From Myxococcota bacterium (lineage in GTDB: Bacteria > Myxococcota_A > Polyangia > Polyangiales > Houyiibacteriaceae): a DNA stretch of 64,000 nucleotides. This document shows positions 9,003-18,302 of this stretch, one piece after another. The notes beneath the pieces were generated by a model, which was not told where the DNA came from, ran no database searches, and saw only the letters and a list, made by a program, of their open reading frames with translations. The stretch covers positions 1,684 through 65,683 of the forward strand of contig JBCCEA010000018.1 in NCBI GenBank assembly GCA_039030515.1, given 5' to 3'. A program made the position numbers and the translations under genes. Position 1 is the first letter of the stretch. The number at the start of each line of letters is the position of its first letter.

Positions 9003-9985
9003 CAGAGATCCTCTGGTCGTCTGAGGCCAAGCTTTTGGGCAACCTCGAGGTCCGAGATAGGCTCGAAGGTGTTCATGCGCTCCAGGAAGCGACGGTAGTC
9101 CTTGATCACGCGATCGTTGTTGCTCTTCCGAAGATGAAAATCGGTGATGCGGGTCGCGGTGAAACGAGCGCAAGCGAGCAGTGCCTTGACGCGAACCGAA
9201 CGCCATTCAGCAGCCTCGAGTTCTCGAGTCGATCGATATCCATCGAAGAGTGCACGGCCAAGACCCCAGTCCATCTCGTCTCCAAAACACCATGCCAGGA
9301 GGGTGACCACCAGGTCGAAGATCAGGTCCCCATCGCTTGCGCTCTCCCAGTCGATGATCGCGACGATCTGACTGCCCTCCCATCGAACGTTGTCGCGAAA
9401 CAGGTCGCCGTGGATCACCCCTCGCGGTAACGACTCGGTCGGCGTTTGGCGTACGGTCTCTAACGCCCTTCTAATCGCCGCGATCGCAGGCGCCAGTGTT
9501 GGAGTGGAGCGAACCTCAGGGAGTCTGAGTCTCCGCTCGATATCTTGAGTTCGGAACCGACTTTCCTTGCGAGGCGTAAAATCAGCAGCAGCCAGATGAA
9601 CACTCGCAATCGCTTGTCCCACGGCAAACGCGCGCTCCTGGCTGACCGAAGCTTGGCAAGACTCTTCTCCACCGACGATTTCGAAGAGCGCTGTGGGTTT
9701 GCCGGAAACTCTGCACTGCCCGGGCGAAGATCCGGGAACCCGTCGCGGTACAGGAATGCCTCGAGAGAGAAGATGATCGAGGAGAGTCCACTCATACGCT
9801 ACTCCGTCGGCCTCCTGCTCTTCGTAGATCCGAGCAAAAACTTTCTTGCCGTTCGGGAGATGAAGAAAAAAATTAGAATTGACGCTCCCCGCGGAAATCG
9901 TTTCGATTTTATCGAGTGGATCCAAACCGTGGACCCGCAAAAGCCCAGTCGCTTCGGCTTCTGAGAGATTCGTAAAGACAGCCAT
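8999..9985 (-). CDS. thrB: Homoserine kinase, type II (kinase-fold ThrB)
   Basis: MAVFTNLSEAEATGLL...ISAGSVNSNFFL at the N-terminus and the catalytic loop IHGDLFRDNV. It belongs to the aminoglycoside-phosphotransferase-like ThrB family. Confidence 0.8.
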   Translation of the reverse strand: MAVFTNLSEAEATGLLRVHGLDPLDKIETISAGSVNSNFFLHLPNGKKVFARIYEEQEADGVAYEWTLLDHLLSRGIPVPRRVPGSSPGQCRVSGKPTALFEIVGGEESCQASVSQERAFAVGQAIASVHLAAADFTPRKESRFRTQDIERRLRLPEVRSTPTLAPAIAAIRRALETVRQTPTESLPRGVIHGDLFRDNVRWEGSQIVAIIDWESASDGDLIFDLVVTLLAWCFGDEMDWGLGRALFDGYRSTRELEAAEWRSVRVKALLACARFTATRITDFHLRKSNNDRVIKDYRRFLERMNTFEPISDLEVAQKLGLRRPEDLC

Positions 9986-10092
9986 TGAGTGCTTTTCTCC
10001 GTACAGGGTTCCTTCTTGTAGGGTTTACATCCCACTACCGTAATGGTATGCCCTCAGCGGAACGATACTGAATTTGAAGCGGTGGGGGGAAC

Positions 10093-10617
10093 ATGGCGAG
10101 AGGGAAGAAAGAGAGTCTCTCTGAGACCGATTCGAGTCAGAACGTCGTTTGCGCGACACCCTCGAAGAAGTCAAAGGTACGAGAAAATTCTTCGGCGACC
10201 GTTCGAAACCCCAAGGCGATGGCGCGCACACCAGACCGTGCGGAAGAGCTCAAGGCGCGTCTGCAGGAGCTTATGACGGCTACTCAGCGGATCAAGTCGA
10301 TGAAACGTAGTCTTGACGATAAATTTTTTGACATTGCGGAGATACTCGCGGGGATCGAGGAGCGAAAGCTTTTCGAGGTCAAGGGCTACAGTAACTTCGC
10401 CAGTTTCGCAGCGCGAGAAGTCGACTTGCCTCAAAAGCGATGCGAGCAGCTTGTTCGAATCTTTCGCGTTTTTCAGCGTGATGCCGCACTCGAAGCGGGA
10501 CTAGAGCGGATTACCGTGGCCTTAACTGCGCTCGACGAGCGCTGGGAATGCATCGAGCGAACTCCCCTGCCGGCAACGAGGCGCAGTCATGCGGCGCTTC
10601 CAGTGCATAAGCTTTAG
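10093..10617 (+). CDS. Hypothetical DNA-binding-like protein (basic disordered N-terminus, helical C-terminus)
   Basis: A purine-rich run (GGTGGGGGGA) lies just upstream of the ATG. The segment KLFEVKGYSNFASFAAREVDLPQKRCEQLVRIF resembles the 'GYxSFxxY...lSxxxxxxLi' HTH seen in ParB/KorB-like and phage proteins. That comparison is from memory, not a search. Confidence 0.45.
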   Translation: MARGKKESLSETDSSQNVVCATPSKKSKVRENSSATVRNPKAMARTPDRAEELKARLQELMTATQRIKSMKRSLDDKFFDIAEILAGIEERKLFEVKGYSNFASFAAREVDLPQKRCEQLVRIFRVFQRDAALEAGLERITVALTALDERWECIERTPLPATRRSHAALPVHKL

Positions 10618-10784
10618 GGTGCGACGGGACGCCCGAGTGCGTTACAGTCACTGCGCAGACAGTTGGTTGAGTGCACCCTTTTCCGTGTTCATCGCGTCTT
10701 AGTCAGCGACTTGAACGACCATTTATGATGCCAATCCTTGGGGTCCTTGACTCCATTCCAAGGAAAAGAGTACTCCCGTAAGCG

Positions 10785-11447
10785 ATGTTGGATGAAGGCT
10801 TCATTCGGGAACATCGCCCGCTTGTCGTAGCCGTCGCCAAAAAGCTCCAGGCTCAATTTCAGCTGACGATCGAAACCGACGACTTGGTTTCTGCCGGATT
10901 CACCGGCCTCATCGAAGCTCGCTCTAGATTTGATGCCGGCCGAGGCGTGTCTTTTCGAACCTTTGCCTACTATCGAGTTCGAGGATCCATGCTCGATGAG
11001 GTGCGGCGTCAATCTTATCTGCCGCGCGGTCTTCATCTTCAACTCAAAAAAGCCCAGGCCGCAGATACAGTATGCGAACATCTGGAGACGGACGTAGCAA
11101 CCCGCGGCAGTGCTAATTACAAAGTTGCCACCGCTCTTTCCTCTATTGCTGTAGCACATGCTCTCTGTCACGTCGGCTCCGAACCTTCGGCTGGAAGCTC
11201 GAAGGGTGAACTGAGAATCGACGAGCGGAGTTCTCCCGAGCGCGCTGCTCTGCTACGTGAGCAAGCGCAGCGTTTGCGTTGCGCGGTCGAGCGGCTCCCG
11301 AGTCGTGAACGTGCTCTGGTTCGTGGACACTACTTCGAAGATAGAAGATTCGATGAGGTGGCGCAGAGTTTGGGCATCTCCAAGTCCTGGGCAAGTCGCC
11401 TACATTCAAAAGCGTTGGCGCAGCTAAAAACCGACCTCGATGAGTGA
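10785..11447 (+). CDS. Sigma-70 family RNA polymerase sigma factor, FliA/WhiG-like
   Basis: Region 2 reads DLVSAGFTGLIEARSRFD...FRTFAYYRVRGSMLDEVRR. Region 4 reads LPSRERALVRGHYFEDRRFDEVAQSLGISKSWASRLHSKALAQLK. Confidence 0.8.
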   Translation: MLDEGFIREHRPLVVAVAKKLQAQFQLTIETDDLVSAGFTGLIEARSRFDAGRGVSFRTFAYYRVRGSMLDEVRRQSYLPRGLHLQLKKAQAADTVCEHLETDVATRGSANYKVATALSSIAVAHALCHVGSEPSAGSSKGELRIDERSSPERAALLREQAQRLRCAVERLPSRERALVRGHYFEDRRFDEVAQSLGISKSWASRLHSKALAQLKTDLDE

Positions 11448-11526
11448 ATTTCTTATCGTTGTTCGAATCGTTTGGAATGGCTTGCCAGGCGTTGCGCACC
11501 AAGCCCCCGAAGAGTAGGACGCTTCG

Positions 11527-14500
11527 GTGCGACTTGCCGCCTTTCTTGCGTTCTTCCTTTCGGGCGCCTCGAGCCTGATCTTTCAATCCATCTGGTCCCG
11601 AATGCTGAGCCATGTATTCGGCGCGACCGGAGTCGCTATCAGCACTGTGGTCACCTGCTTCATGGCAGGTCTCGGTCTGGGTGCATGGGTCGGAGGACGC
11701 TATGCCGATAGAATCCGCCATCCTATTTTTGCCTATGGTGTGGCGGAACTCGGTGTGGGTCTTTGGGGAGTTTTGGTTCCCATTTTGGTGGACTCTCAGG
11801 GCTGGCTGGCCGAGGTGAATCGACTCTTGCGATTGGAGCTAGGTGCAGATTCTACGACATTTATGATCGCCCGCTTCTTTTGTGTGCTGCCGATTCTATT
11901 GATTCCCACGACCCTTATGGGCGCTAGTCTTCCCCTGCTTACCCGTCACTTCGTACATCTGCGCGACGACGCAAACGGGGTGAGCGCCCGCGTGGGAGCA
12001 CTCTACTCGGTAAACACCTTTGGCGCCGTGTGTGGGGTGTTTCTCGCTTCCTTTATTCTGCTTCCCACCGTGGGGTTGGCGGTGACCAACTGGGTGGCGG
12101 TATCTCTAAATATTTTGCTCTTTATCGGTATATTTATCCTCCGAGCAGTGTTGCTTGCACCGTACGGCTATCGCAAGGGAGACCGACTGGAGTGGCTTCC
12201 TGCAAAGGATGCCGCTGTCGTTGACCCACCCGATTCTGAACAAACTCAGACATCTACCGATAGAGCCGGTAACGCGCCGGAAGCGCAGATTCACCCAGAG
12301 CAAGCGCAGTTTGAGGGCGCAGTTTCGACCTTTGCACGAATTGCATGCTTTGTGACGTTTGCCGTTTCTGGAGCTGCGGCGCTTTGTTACGAAGTCGTCT
12401 GGTCCCGCGCTCTTGCGATGACCATAGGATCTAGCGTCTATTCTTTTGGGATCATCTTACTGACCTTCCTTATCGGTATTGGCGGTGGCAGCGCGATGGC
12501 TTCCGCCATTTTAGGACCGAGCAGTCGGTTGCTGCACGTGGCCGGGTTTGCGGCAACCGTACTTCTGGTGCTTGCAAGTTCCCTGTTTGCGATAGGACAG
12601 GATGGCGGACTCGGAGTTTGGTTCGGGATGAGTTTGCTTTGCTCGACCCCCGTGATGGCGCTCTGGGCGTCTGGTACGTTTCGACTTCGAGCCATGCGCG
12701 CGGCGGGGCATCGCGCAGACTCCACGCGCACCGCACTGCTCATCGCCCTCATGCCCGCAGCGTTTGGACTTTTTTGCATCGCCATGTTTCGAGACCACCT
12801 CGGAACCATCGTTGGCGTTGTCGTCTCTGTGATTGCACTCTTTTTGATAATTCAAATCGCTTTGCGTCGCTACCCCGTGCTCCAGTTGGCACTAACCCAG
12901 CTCTTTATCGCGCTTTCCTCGCTGGTGAACTATCTGTTTCAAGATGAGATTCCGTGTGCTTTTGCAGCACTGGTTACAAGCGTTCCTGCCGCATCGCTGC
13001 CCGAACAGATTTCGCTAGTTCAGCTGTTCATGTTTGCCTGCGCGTCTTTGTGCACTCTGCCGGCCACAATGGGGATGGGGGCGATGTTTCCTCAGACAAT
13101 TCGGCTCTGGACTCGAGGGGGTACGCGAGTCGGTCGCGATGTGGGTTTCGTCTATGCAGGCAACACCCTCGGATCGATCGTGGGAGCGTGGTTGCCCGGT
13201 TTTGTGCTGATTCAGCTGGTTGGCATGGAGGCAACGCTCAAATACGGTATCTACACCAACTTGGCGCTGGCGCTTTTGATGCTGGTGGCCGCTGCAACCG
13301 AGGGTGAAGAATCCGAATCTCGTGCCGCCCCGTCATCGCCTCGCCAGCCCGATCCGGGTGGACAAGAGCTTCACGAATCCAAAGGCCCGCATTCCAACGG
13401 CACCCGGGTTCCCGCCTGGCACTCCGCCCTGGTCTATGTACTTGCGCCGATGATACCGGCAATTGTCGCGCTCCTGCATCTCGGGACGATGCACCCTGAC
13501 TCGACTTTGCGCTGGAGCCTATCTCAGATGACGCTCGGCGTATTCCGCGTCTCTTTGGCCGACGAGGCATGCAATCCAGAGGTTTGGGGCGCTCCCGATC
13601 TCGTGTACTACGAGGACGGTCTCTCGACGACCGTGTCGGTGGAGCGCTGGGGTCGACACTACGCCCTAAAGAACAACGGTAAGGTCGACGCAAGTAACGG
13701 TGACGACATGTCGACTCAAATCATGGTGGGCGCCTACCCGATTCTCATGCATGCCGGGCCGACTGAGGATCTCGACATTGCCGTGATCGGTTGGGGATCC
13801 GGAGTCACAGTAGGAAGTGCGCTCGAGTTTCCCATTCACTCTCTTCAGGCGATTGAACTCGAACGTTCGATTCTACGTGCCTCTCAGTTCTTTGAAGACG
13901 TCAACCACCTCTCTTACACCCAAGGCGAGTTTCCCTACGTTGAACACGAGCGTTTGAGCGTGATCAACGATGATGGTCGCAACTACCTTGCGAGCACCGA
14001 TGCTCTTTTTGACGTCATCATCAGTGAGCCATCCAATCCTTGGATCACGGGAGTGAGTGATTTATTCACGACGGATCATTTTCAGGCTACAAAAAATCGC
14101 CTCAAAGAAGGCGGTATTTACTGTCAGTGGGTTCAGCTTTACGAACTCTCTCCAGAGAACATCAAGTCCATCTATCGTACGTTTGCGAGTCAGTTTGAGC
14201 ATGTCGTAGTCTTTTCCGCGGAAGACCTTTCGAGCGATACCGTTCTGCTGGGATCGGACGGGCCGCTCCCTTTAGACCTTGGGCGGATCGACGCCGCTTT
14301 TGCGCTTCCGGGCGTTGCCGAAGAACTCGAGCGCGCGGAGGTGCGCTCTGCCTTTGACATCCTCTCAAGGGTGCTCTTTGCGGATCGAAGCGAAGTCATG
14401 CAGTTCGCGCAAATCGAATACCGTCTCCGCGGTGGTAGCTGGCAACCTCTGCCTGCAGGCCACAATGCTGAGGACTCAAGCTGTGTGACCGGTAAGCCTC

Positions 14501-15546
14501 CGCGAGTGACCGACACCACAGGATTTTGGATCGCCATCGCAAGCGCGAGTCTCTTCGGGCTTCTCGCCCTATCCTTTCTCGTTACGGGAACCTTCAAGTG
14601 GCTTGGACGGTTCGTTCAAGATGATCTCGAATGCTCATCGAAGCCCCGCGCAAGGTTTCCGAAAATTGCACTTGGACTCATCGCGAGCAGTGCAGCTTCT
14701 GCGCTCTCGCTCCTTGCCGGAACGCTGGCTTTTGTTCCGGAAGATCCCCCAGGTACCTGCGTGCGAGAGCCCGCGCCTTTGAACACCGACGACAACGCGC
14801 ACATCGAGTTTGCGGCCCCCCGGGACCTGATCGGCTACCGACGCTACGAGGGCTACCTGAGCAATCTCTACGCGGCAGACTGGCCGTACGGACGACTGGT
14901 CTCTCATGCCGCAGGCTTTGGCGAGGGAGCATCCGCAGGTCGGAACTACGCTGAGTTGGCGATGTCGCTGTTGGCGCACGGTCGACGTTTCGAAGCAGCT
15001 CAGTTCATCTCCATGGCGCAGGAACTCGGCGACGATCGCTCCACCCTGATCGCCTCTCTGGTTCTTACCTTGCTCTCGGGAGATGAAGGCGAGCCCCAAC
15101 TCCAGTTCCAGCCTCCGACTCCTCCGAGCGCGATGGCCAGCGCTGAGGCTGAACTACTTGAGACCGGCTTTCACACCGTGAATGAGGCCCTCGAAGCTGG
15201 CGACCATGAACGCGCTCTTTTCGCGATGGAGGAGATTCCGAGCCCGGTTCGTATGCACTCCGGCCCCGGAATGCGTTTTCTTTACGGATACTTATTGTTC
15301 AAAAACGGGACATCCGCATCCGAGCGCTATCAGGTCGCAGTGGATACGTTAGATGAACTGGTAGTTTCAGAACCTCAGTACGCGAAATATACACCAGAAG
15401 TGTATTATTTTCTTGCTCGTACCCACCTAAAATTGGGCGAATTTGCCAAGGCGCAGAGGCAGATGAGGCGCTACGCAGAGTTGCGCTATCCAGGGGCGTC
15501 CGCAAAGGAGCATCTGCACCTGCCAAACTCAGGTGACGCACCTTAG
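11527..15546 (+). CDS. Giant fused polytopic membrane / spermidine-synthase-like / TPR protein
   Basis: 1339 aa with a GTG start. More than 12 N-terminal TM spans precede a SpeE-like methyltransferase fold (IGWGSGVTVGSALE; DVIISEPSNPWITGVSDLFTTDHF; GGIYCQWVQLYE). Two further TM helices are inserted before NTDDNAHIEFAAPRDL. The C-terminus is TPR-like. Confidence 0.8.
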   Translation: MRLAAFLAFFLSGASSLIFQSIWSRMLSHVFGATGVAISTVVTCFMAGLGLGAWVGGRYADRIRHPIFAYGVAELGVGLWGVLVPILVDSQGWLAEVNRLLRLELGADSTTFMIARFFCVLPILLIPTTLMGASLPLLTRHFVHLRDDANGVSARVGALYSVNTFGAVCGVFLASFILLPTVGLAVTNWVAVSLNILLFIGIFILRAVLLAPYGYRKGDRLEWLPAKDAAVVDPPDSEQTQTSTDRAGNAPEAQIHPEQAQFEGAVSTFARIACFVTFAVSGAAALCYEVVWSRALAMTIGSSVYSFGIILLTFLIGIGGGSAMASAILGPSSRLLHVAGFAATVLLVLASSLFAIGQDGGLGVWFGMSLLCSTPVMALWASGTFRLRAMRAAGHRADSTRTALLIALMPAAFGLFCIAMFRDHLGTIVGVVVSVIALFLIIQIALRRYPVLQLALTQLFIALSSLVNYLFQDEIPCAFAALVTSVPAASLPEQISLVQLFMFACASLCTLPATMGMGAMFPQTIRLWTRGGTRVGRDVGFVYAGNTLGSIVGAWLPGFVLIQLVGMEATLKYGIYTNLALALLMLVAAATEGEESESRAAPSSPRQPDPGGQELHESKGPHSNGTRVPAWHSALVYVLAPMIPAIVALLHLGTMHPDSTLRWSLSQMTLGVFRVSLADEACNPEVWGAPDLVYYEDGLSTTVSVERWGRHYALKNNGKVDASNGDDMSTQIMVGAYPILMHAGPTEDLDIAVIGWGSGVTVGSALEFPIHSLQAIELERSILRASQFFEDVNHLSYTQGEFPYVEHERLSVINDDGRNYLASTDALFDVIISEPSNPWITGVSDLFTTDHFQATKNRLKEGGIYCQWVQLYELSPENIKSIYRTFASQFEHVVVFSAEDLSSDTVLLGSDGPLPLDLGRIDAAFALPGVAEELERAEVRSAFDILSRVLFADRSEVMQFAQIEYRLRGGSWQPLPAGHNAEDSSCVTGKPPRVTDTTGFWIAIASASLFGLLALSFLVTGTFKWLGRFVQDDLECSSKPRARFPKIALGLIASSAASALSLLAGTLAFVPEDPPGTCVREPAPLNTDDNAHIEFAAPRDLIGYRRYEGYLSNLYAADWPYGRLVSHAAGFGEGASAGRNYAELAMSLLAHGRRFEAAQFISMAQELGDDRSTLIASLVLTLLSGDEGEPQLQFQPPTPPSAMASAEAELLETGFHTVNEALEAGDHERALFAMEEIPSPVRMHSGPGMRFLYGYLLFKNGTSASERYQVAVDTLDELVVSEPQYAKYTPEVYYFLARTHLKLGEFAKAQRQMRRYAELRYPGASAKEHLHLPNSGDAP

Positions 15547-15762
15547 ACCCTCCAGTTTTGGGTTTCTCGGTTGGCCGCAGCTGCACTGCGTAATGTGGTT
15601 CGCACTCACACCCTGAAGTTGCCGCGTAGACACCTACGCACATCCGTGAAATTTCATCTGTGATGTCACCTTGCAAGAACTTCCAACCCGTAAAATTCAG
15701 GCTTTACCGGGGTGTAACCCGTCTCCTGAACGTCTGGCACGTGACGTGCTTAGTCGCCGCGC

Positions 15763-15972
15763 ATGGAATTCAATTCTGTTTCCGAAACGTCCGAGAGACT
15801 GGAGCCGCGCGCCGTTCGCATTTTGGCAAGGTCTGTCTACCGAGAGCTCAAAGCAGCGGGATGTGAGCGAGCGGATATCGTACGCTTCACCAATGAGCTT
15901 CTCGCTCAACTGACCCGAGGGAATCTGTCCCAGGATCGGGCTGCCGACCTCGACAGCCGCAGCGCGGTCTAG
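15763..15972 (+). CDS. Small helical hypothetical protein (69 aa) upstream of gap
   Basis: This is the only ORF in the 560 bp gap with protein-like composition and codon usage (RAVRILARSVYRELKAAGCERADIVRFTNELLAQL). It has no obvious Shine-Dalgarno sequence and I recognise no family. Confidence 0.3.
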   Translation: MEFNSVSETSERLEPRAVRILARSVYRELKAAGCERADIVRFTNELLAQLTRGNLSQDRAADLDSRSAV

Positions 15973-16104
15973 AGCCGCTACGACCATGCGGGCTGTAGGT
16001 CGCTCCCTGCCCGAAATACTTTGCTATTCCTTCGTCGACTCTCTCGGAATCTGCTACACGACGCTCCGCTAGCGGCGAGTCGGCATCACGAATGGAGTTG
16101 AGTC

Positions 16105-17118
16105 ATGAGCGCCAAGATTGCCATCAATGGGTTTGGACGTATCGGTCGCTGCGTCGCGCGTATTCTGAAGGAGACGGGAGGCGAACAGCTGGAGCTGGTC
16201 GCGATAAACGATCTGACTCCTGCACATACGCTCGCCCATTTGCTTCAATTCGATTCGGTGCACGGAGAATGGACTCGCGAGGTGTTCGCTGAGGGCTCGG
16301 CCATCACCATCGGCTCCCAAACGATCCCGGTATATTCCGAGGCAGATCCGAGCAAGCTTCCCTGGGCAGAGTTGAGCGTTGACCTCGTCCTAGAGTGCAC
16401 CGGCCGCTTCCGATCCAGGGAGGGCGCTGGAAAGCATCTGAATGCCGGAGCAAAACGAGTCGTGATCAGCGCTCCAGGAGAGATCGGCATCGATCACACC
16501 CTGTGCATGGGCATCAACAGCGACTCCTTCGACCCAATGTCGCATCAAATCATCAGCAATGCGTCCTGCACGACCAATTGCCTCGCTCCCCTCGCCAAAG
16601 TTCTGCACGAACGTTTTGGACTGCTCAAAGGTCATATGGTCACGGTGCATTCTTACACTAACGACCAGCGCATTCTCGATTCGCCCCATCAGGACTTACG
16701 GCGTGCCCGAGCGGCAGCGCTCTCGATGATCCCGACGACGACCGGAGCTGCAAAGGCGATCGAACTCGTCATGCCTGAACTCAAAGGAACACTCGATGGC
16801 GTGGCGATCCGCGTTCCAACGCCCAACGTTTCTATCGTTTGCCTGACCGCACAGGTCGCTCGACCGACCACCCGCGATGCCGTCAACGCGGCGTTTGAAG
16901 AAGCGGCCGAGGGTCCATTAAACGGCATTTTAGGCTATGAAAAGCGGCCTCTTGTATCGACAGACTACATCGGAAACCGGCATTCCTCGATCGTCGATGC
17001 ATCGCAGACTCAGGTGGTGGGCGACGATTTGGTAGAAGTTCAGTCTTGGTATGATAACGAATGGGGTTTCAGCAATCGACTGGTCGATCTGGCAAAGCTC
17101 ATCGCGGCTCGGAGCTGA
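16105..17118 (+). CDS. gap: Glyceraldehyde-3-phosphate dehydrogenase
   Basis: INGFGRIGR and the active site SNASCTTNCLAP. A GGAG Shine-Dalgarno sequence lies 8 nt upstream. Confidence 0.96.
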   Translation: MSAKIAINGFGRIGRCVARILKETGGEQLELVAINDLTPAHTLAHLLQFDSVHGEWTREVFAEGSAITIGSQTIPVYSEADPSKLPWAELSVDLVLECTGRFRSREGAGKHLNAGAKRVVISAPGEIGIDHTLCMGINSDSFDPMSHQIISNASCTTNCLAPLAKVLHERFGLLKGHMVTVHSYTNDQRILDSPHQDLRRARAAALSMIPTTTGAAKAIELVMPELKGTLDGVAIRVPTPNVSIVCLTAQVARPTTRDAVNAAFEEAAEGPLNGILGYEKRPLVSTDYIGNRHSSIVDASQTQVVGDDLVEVQSWYDNEWGFSNRLVDLAKLIAARS

Positions 17119-17123
17119 CCTCG

Positions 17124-18302
17124 ATGATTCGATCGGTAGACAGCGTTTCACTGCGAAGCCGAAGAGTCTTGATGCGGGTGGACTTCAACGTGCCTCAAGA
17201 CGGCAGTCAAATCACGGACGATACTCGCATTCGTGCCGCGTTGCCGACGATAGAATACATCGTTGGCGAGGGTGGTCGATTGGTGTTGTGTTCGCATCTA
17301 GGACGCCCCCAAGGACACACTGCTTCAGCCTTTAGTCTAGAACCGGTCGCAGCAAGACTTGCAGAACTGCTGAAACATGGCGAGGTGATCCTCACGGACG
17401 ACTGTATCGGAGAGGGAGTTCGGCAGGTAGTTCGCGATCTCAGAGATTCTCAGGTGGTTCTGCTCGAGAATCTGAGGTTTCACGCGGAGGAAGTTACGGA
17501 CGACGCGGGTTTCGCAAGGCAGCTCGCTAGAAATGCGGACGTCTACATCAACGACGCGTTCGGTACAGTACATCGAGCACATGCATCGGTGAACGCAGTG
17601 CCTCGTTTGTTGGCGGAGCGAGGCGCTGGATTTCTGATGCAAAAAGAACTTCGGGCGCTGGAACGTCTCCGATTCGATGCACCACGCCCCTTTTGCGTGG
17701 TATTAGGAGGCTCGAAAGTTCAAGACAAGATCAGCGTTGTGGAGTCGATGATCGATCGACTGGATTCGGTCTTGGTAGGCGGCGCGATGGCGAATACGTT
17801 TTTGGCGGCCTCCGGGGTGGACGTAGGCAGCAGCCGCATCGAAAGCGAACGACTTCCGCTCGCGAGGACCATCCTTCGCCGGGCAAAGGATGCCGGGGTA
17901 GAAGTGATGCTGCCCTCCGATCTAGTGCGGGCTCGATCTTCCAGCGATTCGCGAGGTGAGCCTGTCGATTCAGATGCAGTGGGCGCAGGCTGGATGGCGC
18001 TCGATATTGGTCCAGAAACATCTGCTCGTTTCGCAGAGCGAATCAAGGCTTCGGCCACCGTCTTTTGGAACGGACCGATGGGGTTCTTTGAACGAGCGGC
18101 TTTTTGCGAGGGGACCCGTGCCGTGGCTAGAGCGGTTGCGGAGAGTCCCGCGTTCTCGGTGGTAGGAGGCGGGGATACTGCTGCTGCGGTTCATCAAGTG
18201 GGTCTCGATGAAGAGTTCGATCATGTGTCCACCGGGGGAGGCGCATCACTTGAATACCTGAAGGGCAAAAAACTTCCAGGACTCGAGGCGCTTCAAGTAT
18301 GA
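17124..18302 (+). CDS. pgk: Phosphoglycerate kinase
   Basis: I chose the internal ATG at 17124 (MIRSVDSVSLRSRRVLMRVDFNVP), which lies just after the gap stop. The C-terminal motif STGGGASLEYLKGKKLPG is present. Confidence 0.95.
   Translation: MIRSVDSVSLRSRRVLMRVDFNVPQDGSQITDDTRIRAALPTIEYIVGEGGRLVLCSHLGRPQGHTASAFSLEPVAARLAELLKHGEVILTDDCIGEGVRQVVRDLRDSQVVLLENLRFHAEEVTDDAGFARQLARNADVYINDAFGTVHRAHASVNAVPRLLAERGAGFLMQKELRALERLRFDAPRPFCVVLGGSKVQDKISVVESMIDRLDSVLVGGAMANTFLAASGVDVGSSRIESERLPLARTILRRAKDAGVEVMLPSDLVRARSSSDSRGEPVDSDAVGAGWMALDIGPETSARFAERIKASATVFWNGPMGFFERAAFCEGTRAVARAVAESPAFSVVGGGDTAAAVHQVGLDEEFDHVSTGGGASLEYLKGKKLPGLEALQV

Noticed and set aside
10616-10685. A long-range AGGGTGC...GCACCCT stem followed by TTTT after the 174 aa ORF, considered as a terminator.
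   Set aside because: The 7 bp stem encloses about 49 nt with little internal pairing and is followed by only four Ts. This is too weak to call.
10689-11721. ORFs of 160 and 192 aa on the minus strand (10689..11171 and 11143..11721). Many similar 60-230 aa ORFs in the track lie antisense or out of frame within strong genes, for example 766..1173, 24572..25141, 32980..33552, 37019..37696 and 57381..57944.
   Set aside because: They lie inside well-supported genes on the other strand or in another frame. Their translations are Arg/Ser/Pro/Trp/Cys-rich, as expected for off-frame reading of GC-rich coding DNA. No motif is recognisable.
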